A stretch of DNA of 51,019 nucleotides from an uncultured Acholeplasmataceae bacterium. GTDB taxonomy: Bacteria; Bacillota_I; Bacilli_A; Acholeplasmatales; Acholeplasmataceae. The stretch covers positions 1 through 51,019 of the forward strand of contig CAUTSX010000001.1 of the NCBI GenBank assembly GCA_963541405.1. The letters are read 5' to 3'. Numbering within the stretch: the first letter of the stretch is position 1; every line of letters starts with the position of its first letter. Positions 7,779 to 20,585 of this stretch are shown in pieces. The notes below the pieces were generated by a model. The model did no database searches and was not told where the DNA came from. It worked only from the letters and a program-made list of their open reading frames with translations. The translations under genes were made by a program, and so were the position numbers.

Positions 7779-8378
7779 ATGTCACGTTTCTTAGGATCAA
7801 CTTGGAAAAAATCTCGTCGTTTAGGCTATTCAGTTTCAGAAACTGCCAAAGAACTGAAAAAAAGAGCATATGCTCCTGGTCAACACGGCAAAAGACGCGC
7901 TAAAGTATCTGACTATGGTTCTCAGTTAAATGAAAAACAAAAAGTTAGATTTACATACGGTGTATCTGAAAAACAATTTGTCAAAACTTTCCACGAGGCT
8001 AAAAAACTTGCAGGTAACTTAGGTGAAAACTTCATCAAGCTACTAGAATCTAGACTAGATAACTTAGTATATCGTGCAGGACTTGCCAGAACTCGCCAAC
8101 AGGCTAGACAACTTGTAAACCATGGACACATTTTAGTTGATGGCAAAAAAGCAGATATTCCATCAATGCGACTAAAACCAGGTCAAGTGTTTTCTTTAAA
8201 AGAACGTTCAAAAGATTTACTTGTTGTTAAAGAAAGTCTTGAGGCTAAATTCAGAAGTTTTGAATTTGTTGAGCTAGACGAAAACAAAAAAACAGCAACT
8301 TTTGTCCGTTTCCCTGAAAGAAAAGAAGTGTTGCAAGAAATTAACGAACAACTTATCGTTGAGTTCTATAACCGTTAA
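7779..8378 (+). CDS. rpsD: 30S ribosomal protein S4
   Basis: [16 protein letters not shown]...QHGKRR...S4 domain. AAGGAGG RBS. Confidence 0.97.
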   Translation: MSRFLGSTWKKSRRLGYSVSETAKELKKRAYAPGQHGKRRAKVSDYGSQLNEKQKVRFTYGVSEKQFVKTFHEAKKLAGNLGENFIKLLESRLDNLVYRAGLARTRQQARQLVNHGHILVDGKKADIPSMRLKPGQVFSLKERSKDLLVVKESLEAKFRSFEFVELDENKKTATFVRFPERKEVLQEINEQLIVEFYNR

Positions 8379-8415
8379 TTAGCTTAGGTTAAAAAACTAC
8401 TTTTTAAAATTGAAA

Positions 8416-8457
8416 AACACCCCATTTCCGATAATTCGGGAAATGAGGTGTTTTTTT
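8416..8457 (+). terminator. Rho-independent terminator after rpsD
   Basis: acaccccatttccg-ataatt-cgggaaatgaggtgt followed by T7. Confidence 0.75.
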
Positions 8458-9228
8458 ACTTTGTTTGAGTGATTACTTTTAATTGCTACTCAAGCATTGT
8501 TCCTTACGAAAGAATATCAACATACTATCTATACACATAGCAGAAGTTCTCTTCTAATCTACTAAAAGCGTAGTTAGTGGCTTTAATATAATTTACAATT
8601 TTAGAAGTTTCTTAGATTTTTTCGTTTTTTCTGTCTTTTTTTGCAAAACATCAATTAGTGAGACTTATGTACCTCCTATTTACGAAGTGATAATTGCTTC
8701 TTTTTGTACATACATGGAAACAAACAAATCAATGTAGATAGAATAGTAGCAAATCCAACTAATTTGCCTAAAAGCAAGTTTGGTTTATTAATTAAACTTT
8801 GAAGTTCAGCGTCTATTTTTAATTTCAAATGATATAAATCATGCGAAACAATACATACATGCTGCTTTTCATCTTTTTTTTAAAACAACAGCTAACTCAG
8901 ATTCTAATTTAATAATCCCGCGTTTTGAGTTAAGTTTATTTTACTTATGCTAAGCAAAGCGTTTTTAAGTAAAATTTTCAATGGTTTTTTTACTTAAAAT
9001 TTCTTTTTTCTAACCTAAGTAAAGTTTACACCAAATAAAAACACTTATTTTTTCTAGTAAGTCTTCGCTATTAAATACAGTGTTTAAGATAAATTGCTTA
9101 TCTTATTACATTATTTATATTGCGTATTATAACTCATATAAAATGTACCTTATTTCCTATGTCCTGAAAATGGGGTACATATAAAACTATGTATATCTCT
9201 AATGGGGGTAAATTTTAATTGACGAAAT

Positions 9229-10125
9229 TTAGACAAAGATAAGTTTTTGTAAGGAGTAAAGAATTTTTTTAAAAACCGATTGTTTGCTAAATTGGATGTT
9301 TTGATAGTTTAAAAATTTGTATCTCTTAAAATAAGAAATTGCGGGATATTTAATTTGTTTATCTTCAAAATTCCCGTCAAGTGTAAAAACAGATGAACCA
9401 GAACCGGTAGTTTGTAGTTTAAAGCAAGCTTTTTTAAGTGCAAGATATACACTCTGGTCTTCTGAGTTAGAAAGTTCATAGACCTTATCAAAGTCGTTTT
9501 GAACATTCGACCAAAACTCGTTTGTTTTGCCTTCATTAAATAATTTAATTAGTTCTTTTACTTTTTCTGTGTCGATTTCAAATGGTTTTACTCTTTGATA
9601 CATGCGCGCAGTTTCAAAAGGCTCACTGAAGTTTTTTAAATGCACATACTTAAAAGGGCATTTGTCAAGATACTCAACGGTAGAACCAGTTTTTAGCATC
9701 ACACCAGGTTGTGGATTTAAAAAGTAAACACAGTCTTGGCCATATTTTTCAATAAAGTCTGATTTTTGCATTAGTGTTAAATCTAACTTATATAAAAAAG
9801 AAAGTGAATTCAAAAGGGTTGCAAGGACTGTGCTAATACCACCCAGTCCAGCGCCTAGCGGAATATTTTTTTGAATTGAAAGTGCCACTTTTTTAGTAAG
9901 CTGAAACTCAGTTTGAAAATCAGTTAAGAATTGACTTAGTTTATCTACTTTAAACCAAGGAGTTTTAGACCTTATTTGGTTTGTGGGTTTACTTGTTAAT
10001 TTAACCCAAATTTTGTCGTGCAAAGAAATTGGTGCGACGATGGAAACGATTTCATGCAAACCGTTTTCCATTACTTCACCTACTCTTAAATCAAGATTGA
10101 TTTTCGCATAAGCCTTTACTTTCAT
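9229..10125 (-). CDS. ispE: 4-diphosphocytidyl-2-C-methyl-D-erythritol kinase
   Basis: KINLDLRV start and GHMP kinase motif NIPLGAGLGGIS. Conserved rnmV-rsmA-ispE neighbourhood. Confidence 0.85.
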   Translation of the reverse strand: MKVKAYAKINLDLRVGEVMENGLHEIVSIVAPISLHDKIWVKLTSKPTNQIRSKTPWFKVDKLSQFLTDFQTEFQLTKKVALSIQKNIPLGAGLGGISTVLATLLNSLSFLYKLDLTLMQKSDFIEKYGQDCVYFLNPQPGVMLKTGSTVEYLDKCPFKYVHLKNFSEPFETARMYQRVKPFEIDTEKVKELIKLFNEGKTNEFWSNVQNDFDKVYELSNSEDQSVYLALKKACFKLQTTGSGSSVFTLDGNFEDKQIKYPAISYFKRYKFLNYQNIQFSKQSVFKKILYSLQKLIFV

Positions 10126-10901
10126 TTTTCCTCCTTAATTTGGTTTAACCTTAAAAACAAGTTTTGAAACTCAATTGCCGATAGTTTTTCTGCTCTGATG
10201 TTTTGATTGATTTTAAGATCTTTAAAAACATTTAAAATATCTTGTTTTTCAATTTTAGTTTTAAGTAAATTATTAAATAGAGTTTTTCGTTTAGAAAAGA
10301 AGCAAGTTTTTAGAAACTCAAAGTATTTTTGTTTGTGGTTTTCTGAAACCAGCACGGGTTTTGTTTGAAAACAAACAACTGCGCTGTCTACTTTTGGAAT
10401 TGGATAGAAGCAGTTTTTAGAAACTGTAAACGCTTTTTTAACTTCAAAAAAACTTTGTACCGAAACACTTAACTTTGAGTAATCTTTAGAACCAACACTG
10501 GCAGTAAGCCTATCTGCGTATTCTTTTTGAACCATCAAAATAAACTCAGGAACTTGGCTATTAATGATTTTAAAGATAATATCTGTAGATATATAGTATG
10601 GAATGTTGCCGACCACAATATCGTAATTTTGCCCAGTAAGGCTATAGTCAAGAAAATCAGTGATGACAAAATCAAAGTTTTTATGTTGGTTTTTAAGGTT
10701 GGTTAGTTTCTCTGTCAGCTCTTTGTCTATCTCTACAGAAAATACTGATTTTGATTTTTTTAACAGTATTTTGGTAAGCGCGCCTTCTCCTGGTCCGACT
10801 TCTAAAACATTTAAGCCGGGTTTAACTAAGGTTCCCATTTTGTTTAAAATGTTTAAATCATTTAAGAAGTTCTGACCAAAATGTTTCTTGAACTTATGCA
10901 T
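10122..10901 (-). CDS. rsmA: 16S rRNA (adenine1518/1519-N6)-dimethyltransferase
   Basis: FGQNFL..., VLEVGPGEGALT, GNIPYYIST motifs. Confidence 0.92.
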   Translation of the reverse strand: MHKFKKHFGQNFLNDLNILNKMGTLVKPGLNVLEVGPGEGALTKILLKKSKSVFSVEIDKELTEKLTNLKNQHKNFDFVITDFLDYSLTGQNYDIVVGNIPYYISTDIIFKIINSQVPEFILMVQKEYADRLTASVGSKDYSKLSVSVQSFFEVKKAFTVSKNCFYPIPKVDSAVVCFQTKPVLVSENHKQKYFEFLKTCFFSKRKTLFNNLLKTKIEKQDILNVFKDLKINQNIRAEKLSAIEFQNLFLRLNQIKEEK

Positions 10902-11421
10902 TTAAAACCTCTTTCAGCTGCTGTTTTGAGTAATTTGAGTTATTTAAGAAATTCAGAAGTTGTTTTGTGTTAAAGTGATGAATACCAAGTAGGGAGTGTA
11001 GTTTATTTTTGTTTTTTCTACTTTCAGGACCAGTTAATTTTAGTTCTACTAAATCTGATAAAAAAAAGTTATTGCACTTTAAAACAGCCTTGTTAAGCAA
11101 TTTACCAGTTTTAAGTATTTTTAAAAAATCTGCTTTAGAAAGGTTTTCAAGCCCAACTTTGTGTTTTTTAATACATTTGTCTTTAGGCAAATCTAAAAAA
11201 CTTGCTGAAGGAATTTCTGTTAAAATAATGTTTCTGATTTTAGTGCCGGCGCTATCAGGATCTGTAATAACAATTATTTCGTTGTCTTTCTCAAGACTTT
11301 TGATTTGGTCAATAATTTCTTTGTTAATGCCAAGCCCGTTAGTTTTAATACAAATACTCTCTGGAAAAACACTTTTGACAACTTTAATGTCGTTTTTCCC
11401 TTCAACTACAAATACTTGCAT
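10894..11421 (-). CDS. rnmV: Ribonuclease M5 (Toprim)
   Basis: MQVFVVEGKND...ITDPDSAGTKIR. Start chosen at the ATG overlapping the upstream stop by 1 nt; the ORF is open to 11433. Confidence 0.85.
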   Translation of the reverse strand: MQVFVVEGKNDIKVVKSVFPESICIKTNGLGINKEIIDQIKSLEKDNEIIVITDPDSAGTKIRNIILTEIPSASFLDLPKDKCIKKHKVGLENLSKADFLKILKTGKLLNKAVLKCNNFFLSDLVELKLTGPESRKNKNKLHSLLGIHHFNTKQLLNFLNNSNYSKQQLKEVLNA

Positions 11422-12509
11422 TATTTGTCCCAAGTATACTGTTTTACAACCTTTGCGCGTTTTGCTAAGTTTGCAACAAAATCAGAGTAGTCTTGCAGTT
11501 TAACAATGTGTTTGTCTTGAGTTAAGAGTAAAATTGGTTCTTTTTGAAAATCATAAATTTGTTTTTTAAGCTCCCAAACTAAACCGGTTGGTTTTTGACC
11601 AGAAAACTCTTTAGGCTGCCAGTTCTGACGATATATAAACTCGTGTGCTAACTTTGCTGCTGGTAAGTTGCTTTCACTAAGTTGCTTAAAGTAAGACAAA
11701 AAATAAGCATCGTCTAAATTTAGAAATATATTTAAATCTGGGTTATCAGGCGATTTAAGGACTTTTTTAAGTTGAGGGTCCAAAATACCTTCAAGATCTT
11801 TAAAAATCTCCATTAAATTAAAATCACGACCAATTACGCTAGGATGTAAATAAACTTGCATGTACATGTGGTAGCGAGAAATTAAATAATTTTCAATTGC
11901 GTACACGGCACTTTCTTTAAAGCATAATTTGCCGTTATGAACAGTTAGACTGTTAATTAGTTTGGTTGAGTCTATATCGCCGGTTTTAACTGCAGCAAAA
12001 TACGCATCTCTTTTTAAGTAGTCAAGTCTATCGATGTCTAGTTGACTTGAGAGAATAGATTCAAGTAAAGGAAATCTTTTGTCTTTTGTTAAAACAGAAC
12101 AAACGTCTTTAATAAACTCTTTGTCAACTTCATTTAAGATTCCACTAATCTCGGGGTCGTTAGCGATAATGTAGGCACCTCTTACTTCGTGAACCCCGTT
12201 AACTAGACTATCGTATAAATGAGAAAATGGGCCGTGTCCAATGTCGTGTAGTAAAGCAGATACCATTAAAATTAGCTGCTCTCTTTTAGAAATCGGTAGT
12301 TTTTCACAAATTTGCCTTGCTAGTTCATAAACTCCAAGACAGTGTGAAAATCTAGTATGAACTGCGGAAGGAAAAACAAAAAAGGAGTTGCCCATTTGAT
12401 AAATACGTCGTAACCTTTGGAAAAACTTAGTGTCAACTAAGCGTTTAATTATGTCTTCTTTTAAAATTACATAGCCATAAATCGGGTCTACTATAACTCT
12501 GTCTTTCAT
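11421..12509 (-). CDS. HD-domain phosphohydrolase (dNTPase/SAMHD1-like family)
   Basis: FQRLRRIYQMG, RFSHCLGV, LLHDIGHGPFSH and DRLDYLKRD motifs. Confidence 0.8.
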   Translation of the reverse strand: MKDRVIVDPIYGYVILKEDIIKRLVDTKFFQRLRRIYQMGNSFFVFPSAVHTRFSHCLGVYELARQICEKLPISKREQLILMVSALLHDIGHGPFSHLYDSLVNGVHEVRGAYIIANDPEISGILNEVDKEFIKDVCSVLTKDKRFPLLESILSSQLDIDRLDYLKRDAYFAAVKTGDIDSTKLINSLTVHNGKLCFKESAVYAIENYLISRYHMYMQVYLHPSVIGRDFNLMEIFKDLEGILDPQLKKVLKSPDNPDLNIFLNLDDAYFLSYFKQLSESNLPAAKLAHEFIYRQNWQPKEFSGQKPTGLVWELKKQIYDFQKEPILLLTQDKHIVKLQDYSDFVANLAKRAKVVKQYTWDK

Positions 12510-12559
12510 TGCAACTCCTTTCTGAATTTAGTATAATTTTTAAAAAAAACGAGGTAATA

Positions 12560-12964
12560 ATGGGAACAATTTTTAGTAAAATAATCAATAGAGAAATTCC
12601 TGCAAGCATAGTTTATGAAGATGATTTGTGTTTGGCTTTTCTAGATATAAATCCACTAAGTAAGGGACACACTCTGGTAATACCAAAGAAATATGCATGC
12701 AACTTCTTAGATGTAGATCCGGAAACTTTGATACACTTAACCAAAGTTAGTCAAAAAATCGCACAAACTATGCAAACTGCTTTAGGTGCTAAAGGTGTTA
12801 ATATCTATACAAACGCAGGTAAGTTGGCAAATCAACAAGTGATGCATTTTCACATTCACGTAATTCCTAGATATACAGGGCTTGAGTTTAAAACACAACG
12901 CTTTGAAATTGAACCTATTGATTTTAAAGAAATTGAACATTTATTAAAAGAAAGTCTGAAATAG
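12560..12964 (+). CDS. HIT-family nucleotide hydrolase
   Basis: IFSKIINREIPA... and the histidine triad HFHIHVIP. ATG at 12560 is preceded by a GAGG RBS and a gtataat -10 element. The track start at 12509 is an upstream TTG. Confidence 0.88.
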   Translation: MGTIFSKIINREIPASIVYEDDLCLAFLDINPLSKGHTLVIPKKYACNFLDVDPETLIHLTKVSQKIAQTMQTALGAKGVNIYTNAGKLANQQVMHFHIHVIPRYTGLEFKTQRFEIEPIDFKEIEHLLKESLK

Positions 12965-12974
12965 ACTTTCTTTT

Positions 12975-14255
12975 TTATTTTATTGGTTTAATTTCTTTAA
13001 CTCCCATATATTTTTGCAATACTTTAGGGATTAAAATTGTTCCGTCTGCTTGTTGGTAGTTTTCAATTACAGCAATCGCACATCTACCAACTGCCACACC
13101 AGAACCGTTTAATGTATGTACGAACTCAGTTTTCACGTCTTTTGTACGTTTAAAGCGAATATTAGCGCGTCTTGCTTGATAGTCGTTGGCGGTTGAAACT
13201 GAAGAGATTTCTCTATATTTGTTTTGACCAGGTAGCCAAACTTCAATGTCATAAGTTAGAGACATAGAATGTCCCAGGTCTCCTGAACACAGCCTAACAA
13301 CTCGGTAAGGCAAGTTAAGTTTTTGCAAAACCAATTCAGCTTCTTTTAACATTTTCTTAAGTTCTTTTTTGCTTTCTTCTGGTTTTGTGAAAGCAATTAG
13401 TTCAACTTTGTGAAATTGATGCTGACGAATTAAACCTTTTGTATCTTTGCCAGCAGCACCCGCTTCTGGTCTAAACGCAGTTGAGTAAGCACAATATTTA
13501 AGCGGCAAACGACTAAAATCCAGAATTTCGTTTCTATACATGTCAATCATTGGAATTTCTGCAGTTGGATTTAAGTAAAGTTCGGTGTCTTCAAGATGGT
13601 AAGCCTCAGACATAAACTTAGGGAACTTACCAGTTGCATACATTGAGTCCTTTGACACTAAGTAAGGTGGAATACACTCAGTGTACCCACGTTTAGAATG
13701 CAGGTCTAACATAAACGAAATTAACGCTCGCTCTAGTCTTGCACCAAGACCAATGTCGTAGACAAATCTAGCGCCTGCAACTTTGCCTGCGCGCTCAAAA
13801 TCAAACAGCCCAAGTCGCTCATTTAAAGCAACATGATCTTTCGGGTGAAAATCAAACTCTGTAGGTTCTAGATAAGTTTTAATTACGGTATTTTCATTTT
13901 CGTCTTTGCCGAATATTACTTCGCTGTCGGGAATATTTGGCAGATCTAAAATCAAGTCTTCAAGTTCCTTAGAAACAACTTCAAAGTCTTGAGTAAGTGC
14001 AACGATTTTTTCGCCGCACTCTTTACTTTCGGCAAGCACCAAAGAAATGTCTTTGCCCTGTTTTTTAAGTTCTGGGATTTGTGCGGTTAGTGTATTTTTC
14101 TTCGCTCTTAAGTTATCAATCTCTGCCTGAACTTTTCGTTTGTTTGAGATTAGTTTAGGTAGTTTTGCAAACTCTTCTTTGTTGAAGTTAGGTCTTAAAG
14201 CTAACTTGGCTTGAACTTTTTTAAAGTTTTTTTGTAAATAATTTAAATCAAACAT
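12975..14255 (-). CDS. serS: Seryl-tRNA synthetase
   Basis: Coiled-coil N-terminus and class II motifs ([33 protein letters not shown]). Confidence 0.96.
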   Translation of the reverse strand: MFDLNYLQKNFKKVQAKLALRPNFNKEEFAKLPKLISNKRKVQAEIDNLRAKKNTLTAQIPELKKQGKDISLVLAESKECGEKIVALTQDFEVVSKELEDLILDLPNIPDSEVIFGKDENENTVIKTYLEPTEFDFHPKDHVALNERLGLFDFERAGKVAGARFVYDIGLGARLERALISFMLDLHSKRGYTECIPPYLVSKDSMYATGKFPKFMSEAYHLEDTELYLNPTAEIPMIDMYRNEILDFSRLPLKYCAYSTAFRPEAGAAGKDTKGLIRQHQFHKVELIAFTKPEESKKELKKMLKEAELVLQKLNLPYRVVRLCSGDLGHSMSLTYDIEVWLPGQNKYREISSVSTANDYQARRANIRFKRTKDVKTEFVHTLNGSGVAVGRCAIAVIENYQQADGTILIPKVLQKYMGVKEIKPIK

Positions 14256-16842
14256 CTATGCTCTCGCTTTCTGTCTCACTACTTTGAGGCACGTTATCGG
14301 TTTCTTGAAAAGACTCATCTAAAGTAATAGTTTGGACTTTTGTGCCTTCTGCTGGTTTGATAATTTTAACGCCTTGGGTGTTTCGAGAAGTTCTGGAAAT
14401 TTCAGCAATCGGAGTTCTAATTACCACGCCAAGGCTAGTAGACGCAATTAAGTCTTGTTGGTCAGTTGCTACAATTAACGCCACTAGACTGCCGGTTTTT
14501 TCAGTGATTTTCATAGTCTTGACACCCTTTCCAACACGCGAAGTTGTGCGGTATTCCTTTGCCTGAGTTCGCTTGCCAAGGCCAAGTTCAGAAATTACTA
14601 AAACATCGGTTTCTTCGTCTTTAACGATAGAGCAGCCAATGATTTCATCTCCTTCTACAAGAGTAATTGAACGCACACCTTGAGATGCGCGGCCAAGCGG
14701 ACGCAGAGTATCTGACTTAAATTTCAAGGCTTGTCCTTGTTTGGTGGCGATCATAATAAAAGGATTGCCTTCAAAGTGCACGGCTTGAAGTAGTTCGTCG
14801 TCTTCAACCAATTGGATGGCTTTTTTACCGTTTGCATTTACTCGGCTAAACTCGCTATCCGGAGTCTTTTTAATCTTTCCGCCTTTGGTTAAAAAAAATA
14901 AATAACCGTTTTCTAAGTCGTGGGTTAAATTAGTAATACATTGAAAATGTTCGTTTTCCTGAAAATCAATTAAGTTAACCAAAGGTAGACCTTTGCCTTG
15001 TTTTGAGGCTTCAGGGATTTTAAAGGCTTTTAGTTGATATACACGTCCGAAGTTAGTGAAAATTAGAATTTGGTCGTGTGAGTTGGTTTTTAAAATCACT
15101 TGAACTTTATCGTCTTCATTGATTTTAATGCCACTTGCTCCAATTCCACCTCTAGATTGCACTCTATACTGATCTGCGTCTATTCGCTTAACATAGCCGT
15201 TTTCGGTAACTGTGATAATTACGTCTCTGCGTGGAATTAAGTCTTCGTTTTCAATGTCTAGTGAAGTTGAAAAGTTTAAAATAGACTTACGTGGCTTGTT
15301 GTATTTAGCAATTAGCTCAGTAAGCTCACCTTTAATGATTTCTTTTTGTTTATCTGAACTGCTTAAAATTAAGTTGTAATACTCAATTTTGGCCAGCAGT
15401 TCTTGGTGCTCTTCATGAATTTTTTCAATTTCAAGACCGGTTAGTCTTTGCAAAGTTAAAGCCAAAATGGCTTTTGCTTGAATTTCGTCAATGTCTAGAT
15501 TTTCAATCAATTTGGTTTTAGCAATTTCTGGAGTCTTAGATTCTTTGATTAGTTTAACACAAAGGTCTATTGCAGAAAGCGCCTTAATTAGCCCTTTTAG
15601 AATATGAATTCTAGCCTCTGCTTTCTTTAATTCAAACTTAGTTTTGCGAATTAACAGTTCAATTTGAAACTCAATAAAGTTGCGAAGTATTGGAATAAGC
15701 CCAAGTTGTTTTGGAACTCCGTTAACAAGGGCTATCATGTTAATCGCGAAACTAGACTGTAGTTGACTGTATTTATATAAGTTATTTAAAACTACTTCTG
15801 GAATCACGTCTCGTCTTAAGTCTAAAACTATGCGAGTACCTTTGCGGTTAGATTCGTCAGCCATTCCAACAATTCCATCAACTACTTTTTCTTTCACAAG
15901 TTCAGAGATTTTTTCAATCAATAGTTTACGGTTTACTAGATAAGGAATTTCTTTAATGATGATTTGAGATTTTCCGCTTTTAGATGTGTTTATATCGACG
16001 ATTGAGCGAATAACTACACGGCCTTGTCCAGTTAGATAACCGCGATGTAAGCCGTTTAAATCGAGAATCTCGCCACCTGTTGGAAAGTCTGGACCTTTAA
16101 TTATATTCATCAAATCAGTTAGCGGAAGGTCAGGATTGTCAATCAGGGCTATGGTTCCCGCAAGTATCTCTTGCATGTTGTGCGGAGGAATGGATGTTGC
16201 CATACCAACAGCAATCCCTTTAACTCCGTTTACAAGTAAATTGGGAAAACGAGCAGGTAAGACTTTTGGTTCTTTTTCGCTACCGTCGTAGTTGTCGCCA
16301 AAGTCAACTGTTTCTTTTTCAAGGTCTCTCACTAAGTCAAGCGCAACCTTAGACATTCTGGCCTCTGTGTATCGCATGGCAGCAGCGCCATCTCCGTCAA
16401 CTGAACCAAAGTTACCATGCCCGTCAACTAAGGGGTGCAGATACGAAAAATCCTGGGCCATTCTAACCATCGCTTCGTATACAGATGAGTCGCCATGAGG
16501 GTGGTACTTACCAATTACTTCACCGACGATACGAGCCGATTTTTTGTGTGCAGAGCCTGGTAAAATGTTAAGTTCGTTCATAGCGTAAAGAATTCTTCTT
16601 TGCACTGGTTTAAGCCCATCTCTAACGTCTGGCAGGGCTCGGTCAACAATAACCGACATCGCATAATCTAGAAACGAGTCTTTGATTTCGCTTACTATTT
16701 CAACCGGCTCTTCTTTGGCATCTTTAAAATCAGCAAGGTTAGTCTCAAAGTCTTCCACTTGCTCTTCGTCTTGGCTAAATTCTTCTAAATTCTCTTCGTT
16801 AAGTTTTGTTTCTAATTTTTCTTCGTCTAAAAAATTAAGCAT
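14248..16842 (-). CDS. gyrA: DNA gyrase subunit A
   Basis: [19 protein letters not shown] and C-terminal beta-pinwheel repeats. Adjacent to gyrB. Confidence 0.97.
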   Translation of the reverse strand: MLNFLDEEKLETKLNEENLEEFSQDEEQVEDFETNLADFKDAKEEPVEIVSEIKDSFLDYAMSVIVDRALPDVRDGLKPVQRRILYAMNELNILPGSAHKKSARIVGEVIGKYHPHGDSSVYEAMVRMAQDFSYLHPLVDGHGNFGSVDGDGAAAMRYTEARMSKVALDLVRDLEKETVDFGDNYDGSEKEPKVLPARFPNLLVNGVKGIAVGMATSIPPHNMQEILAGTIALIDNPDLPLTDLMNIIKGPDFPTGGEILDLNGLHRGYLTGQGRVVIRSIVDINTSKSGKSQIIIKEIPYLVNRKLLIEKISELVKEKVVDGIVGMADESNRKGTRIVLDLRRDVIPEVVLNNLYKYSQLQSSFAINMIALVNGVPKQLGLIPILRNFIEFQIELLIRKTKFELKKAEARIHILKGLIKALSAIDLCVKLIKESKTPEIAKTKLIENLDIDEIQAKAILALTLQRLTGLEIEKIHEEHQELLAKIEYYNLILSSSDKQKEIIKGELTELIAKYNKPRKSILNFSTSLDIENEDLIPRRDVIITVTENGYVKRIDADQYRVQSRGGIGASGIKINEDDKVQVILKTNSHDQILIFTNFGRVYQLKAFKIPEASKQGKGLPLVNLIDFQENEHFQCITNLTHDLENGYLFFLTKGGKIKKTPDSEFSRVNANGKKAIQLVEDDELLQAVHFEGNPFIMIATKQGQALKFKSDTLRPLGRASQGVRSITLVEGDEIIGCSIVKDEETDVLVISELGLGKRTQAKEYRTTSRVGKGVKTMKITEKTGSLVALIVATDQQDLIASTSLGVVIRTPIAEISRTSRNTQGVKIIKPAEGTKVQTITLDESFQETDNVPQSSETESESIDV

Positions 16843-16853
16843 GGTGTGCTCCT

Positions 16854-18764
<1,911 letters not shown>

Positions 18765-18832
18765 TTAGTCTCCTTGTGTTTTAAATAAATTACATATCTA
18801 CACAGTTATTTTGTTAAAGGTTTTTAAAAATT

Positions 18833-18865
18833 AAATAAAGGCGCCAATAAAATGCACCTTTATTT
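18833..18865 (-). terminator. Candidate terminator after the 85-aa ORF, upstream of gyrB
   Basis: The minus-strand RNA aaaggugc-auuuuauug-gcgccuuu (one G-U pair) is followed by a U-rich run. Confidence 0.45.
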
Positions 18866-18903
18866 AACTAAACTCTGTATAAAACGCAGAAAATAAGTAA
18901 TTT

Positions 18904-19161
18904 TTAGTTTTCTTCTTCAATAATTTCGGTTAAGAAACCTTTTGCAATTGCCTTGCGGTCAAGTAGCGGGGTTTCTTTGAAAACTAATTGATACTCGTCT
19001 CCAACTAAAGTAATTAAAGCAGTTTTGCCTTTAATGTTGACTTTAGATTTTGGAAACCAGACTGCGTATTTGTTGTATTCAGATTCAACAGGGAATCCAA
19101 CTAACACAGCCTTTGGAGTGCGTCTGATGATTTCAATGTTTTCAATTTTAATTTGTTTCAT
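18904..19161 (-). CDS. Hypothetical 85-aa protein occupying the dnaN-gyrB slot
   Basis: ATG with an AGGAAG RBS, 18 nt after the dnaN stop. I recognise no family. Confidence 0.55.
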   Translation of the reverse strand: MKQIKIENIEIIRRTPKAVLVGFPVESEYNKYAVWFPKSKVNIKGKTALITLVGDEYQLVFKETPLLDRKAIAKGFLTEIIEEEN

Positions 19162-19179
19162 AGTGTATACTTCCTTTTT

Positions 19180-20337
19180 TTAAAAATTATTAAGTGGTGT
19201 AATTAAAGTAACTAATTCAGGTTCCTCTAGTGAAGTGATCCGAACAGCGCGGTCATTTGAATAAAACTCAAGCGCGAGCTCTTCAATACCCAGACTTTCG
19301 TAGACAGAAATTGCCTCTTGCAGGTGTTTAAGCAAAAAAATCATTAAAAATGTCTCTGCAAGTTGATTGTAAATTTCGCCTGCTGGAATTAAAATAGCGC
19401 GAGATGAACCTTTACCGTTTTCCGAAGTCGCAACTTCACAAGTTTTGTTTGGTTTTAAAGTGAAGTTGATTAAATAAGTTGACTTTGATTTGTCTGTAAC
19501 TGCCGAAATTGTTTTAAGTGCATTGCTAAACTCAACGGTTTTTAAAGGAATTGCGAGTTTAGTTTCAAATTGAGTTGCACTGTTTAAGTTGCCGTATTTA
19601 TCTGAAAGCACGGCGGTTTGGAAAAAGACATTTTTAATTACGAAGAGTACTTTTGAACAAAGTGGATTGACCGAAATTTCAACATCGCCTTTAGTTTGTT
19701 CAAGAATTTTAAGCAGTTCCTTGATAGATTCGGCAGGAATTGTTAAATTCAGATTTTTCTTTGAGTTAACTTCCAGGCGTTTTTGAGCAAGTCTAGCGTT
19801 GTCGCTACCAGTTAATGTTAATCTGCTTTCGCTAAACGCGAAGTTCACACCGGTTAGACAAACTATTCTTGGTTTAGCGTCAGGATCTGCTGTGCAGTAA
19901 ACCACTTCTTTTAAGGAAATCGCTAAATCTTCGCTAGAAATCAAGATAGGTTTTTCATCTTCTTCAAAAATTAAATGTTCAAGGTCGTAGTTTAAAGCAT
20001 TCAGTCTAAACTCAGAAGTCCCCGCGATTATCAGAACTTGGTATTCAGAAATTTGCATAAACTGAACTTCTTCGTGCAAAGCAATACCTGGTGACTTAAT
20101 AATATTTAAAATTGTTTTACCATCTAATATCGCATTACCTTCCGCAAGTACTTCAATATTCGTGTCAACTATCGCCATAATCTCTAAGTTTTTATGATTT
20201 GCAAATATTTTAATTGAATCTTTTTTAACCGAGAATTTAATACTTTCGCTAAGTGGTCTTGGACTTTTATTTGGCAAGGCTTTAGCAACTAAATTCATGT
20301 ATTCAATTAAAGTTTCTGTTTTAATTTTAAAGTTCAT
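19180..20337 (-). CDS. dnaN: DNA polymerase III beta sliding clamp
   Basis: Position directly after dnaA. Three-domain length with beta-clamp-like sequence (MNFKI...LIEYMNLVAKALP). Confidence 0.92.
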   Translation of the reverse strand: MNFKIKTETLIEYMNLVAKALPNKSPRPLSESIKFSVKKDSIKIFANHKNLEIMAIVDTNIEVLAEGNAILDGKTILNIIKSPGIALHEEVQFMQISEYQVLIIAGTSEFRLNALNYDLEHLIFEEDEKPILISSEDLAISLKEVVYCTADPDAKPRIVCLTGVNFAFSESRLTLTGSDNARLAQKRLEVNSKKNLNLTIPAESIKELLKILEQTKGDVEISVNPLCSKVLFVIKNVFFQTAVLSDKYGNLNSATQFETKLAIPLKTVEFSNALKTISAVTDKSKSTYLINFTLKPNKTCEVATSENGKGSSRAILIPAGEIYNQLAETFLMIFLLKHLQEAISVYESLGIEELALEFYSNDRAVRITSLEEPELVTLITPLNNF

Positions 20338-20585
20338 AAAAATTCCTTTTTTCTTTTATTATTTATTTATTGTTATTAGGGACAGTGGAAATGTGGATAA
20401 CTTCAAAAATCACTATCTCAATTACCTATAATATTATATTATAAGGGCAAAAAAAACGCAAATCTTGGCCAAAAATAGACGGTTTTGTTATCCACAATCT
20501 ATCCACATTTTTCATAGGTTTTCCACATTATAGTTAACTAAGAAATAAATAAAAAAAGACGGACAGCCCGTCTTTTTAATCAAAT
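20338..20585. promoter_or_regulatory. oriC part 2 (dnaA-dnaN spacer): DnaA boxes plus an AT-rich tract
   Basis: Perfect boxes at 20392-20400 (TGTGGATAA) and 20488-20496 (TTATCCACA). One-mismatch boxes at 20499-20507 and 20519-20527. AT-rich run at 20341-20378. Confidence 0.8.

Noticed and set aside
8458-9228. tmRNA, RNase P RNA or another structured housekeeping RNA in the long spacer
   Set aside because: I could not find the conserved tmRNA ends (GGGG...UCCACCA-type acceptor) or the RNase P GAGGAAAGUCC-type core by eye. This is left as an open question in the findings rather than a feature.
11009-11503. 164-aa plus-strand ORF, and similar antisense ORFs at 20842..21264, 37507..37935, 45787..46140, 25862..26155 and 34414..34722
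   Set aside because: Each is fully embedded antisense to a strongly conserved gene (rnmV, dnaA, ispG, rlmB, asnS, tyrS). None shows recognisable motifs or translation signals.
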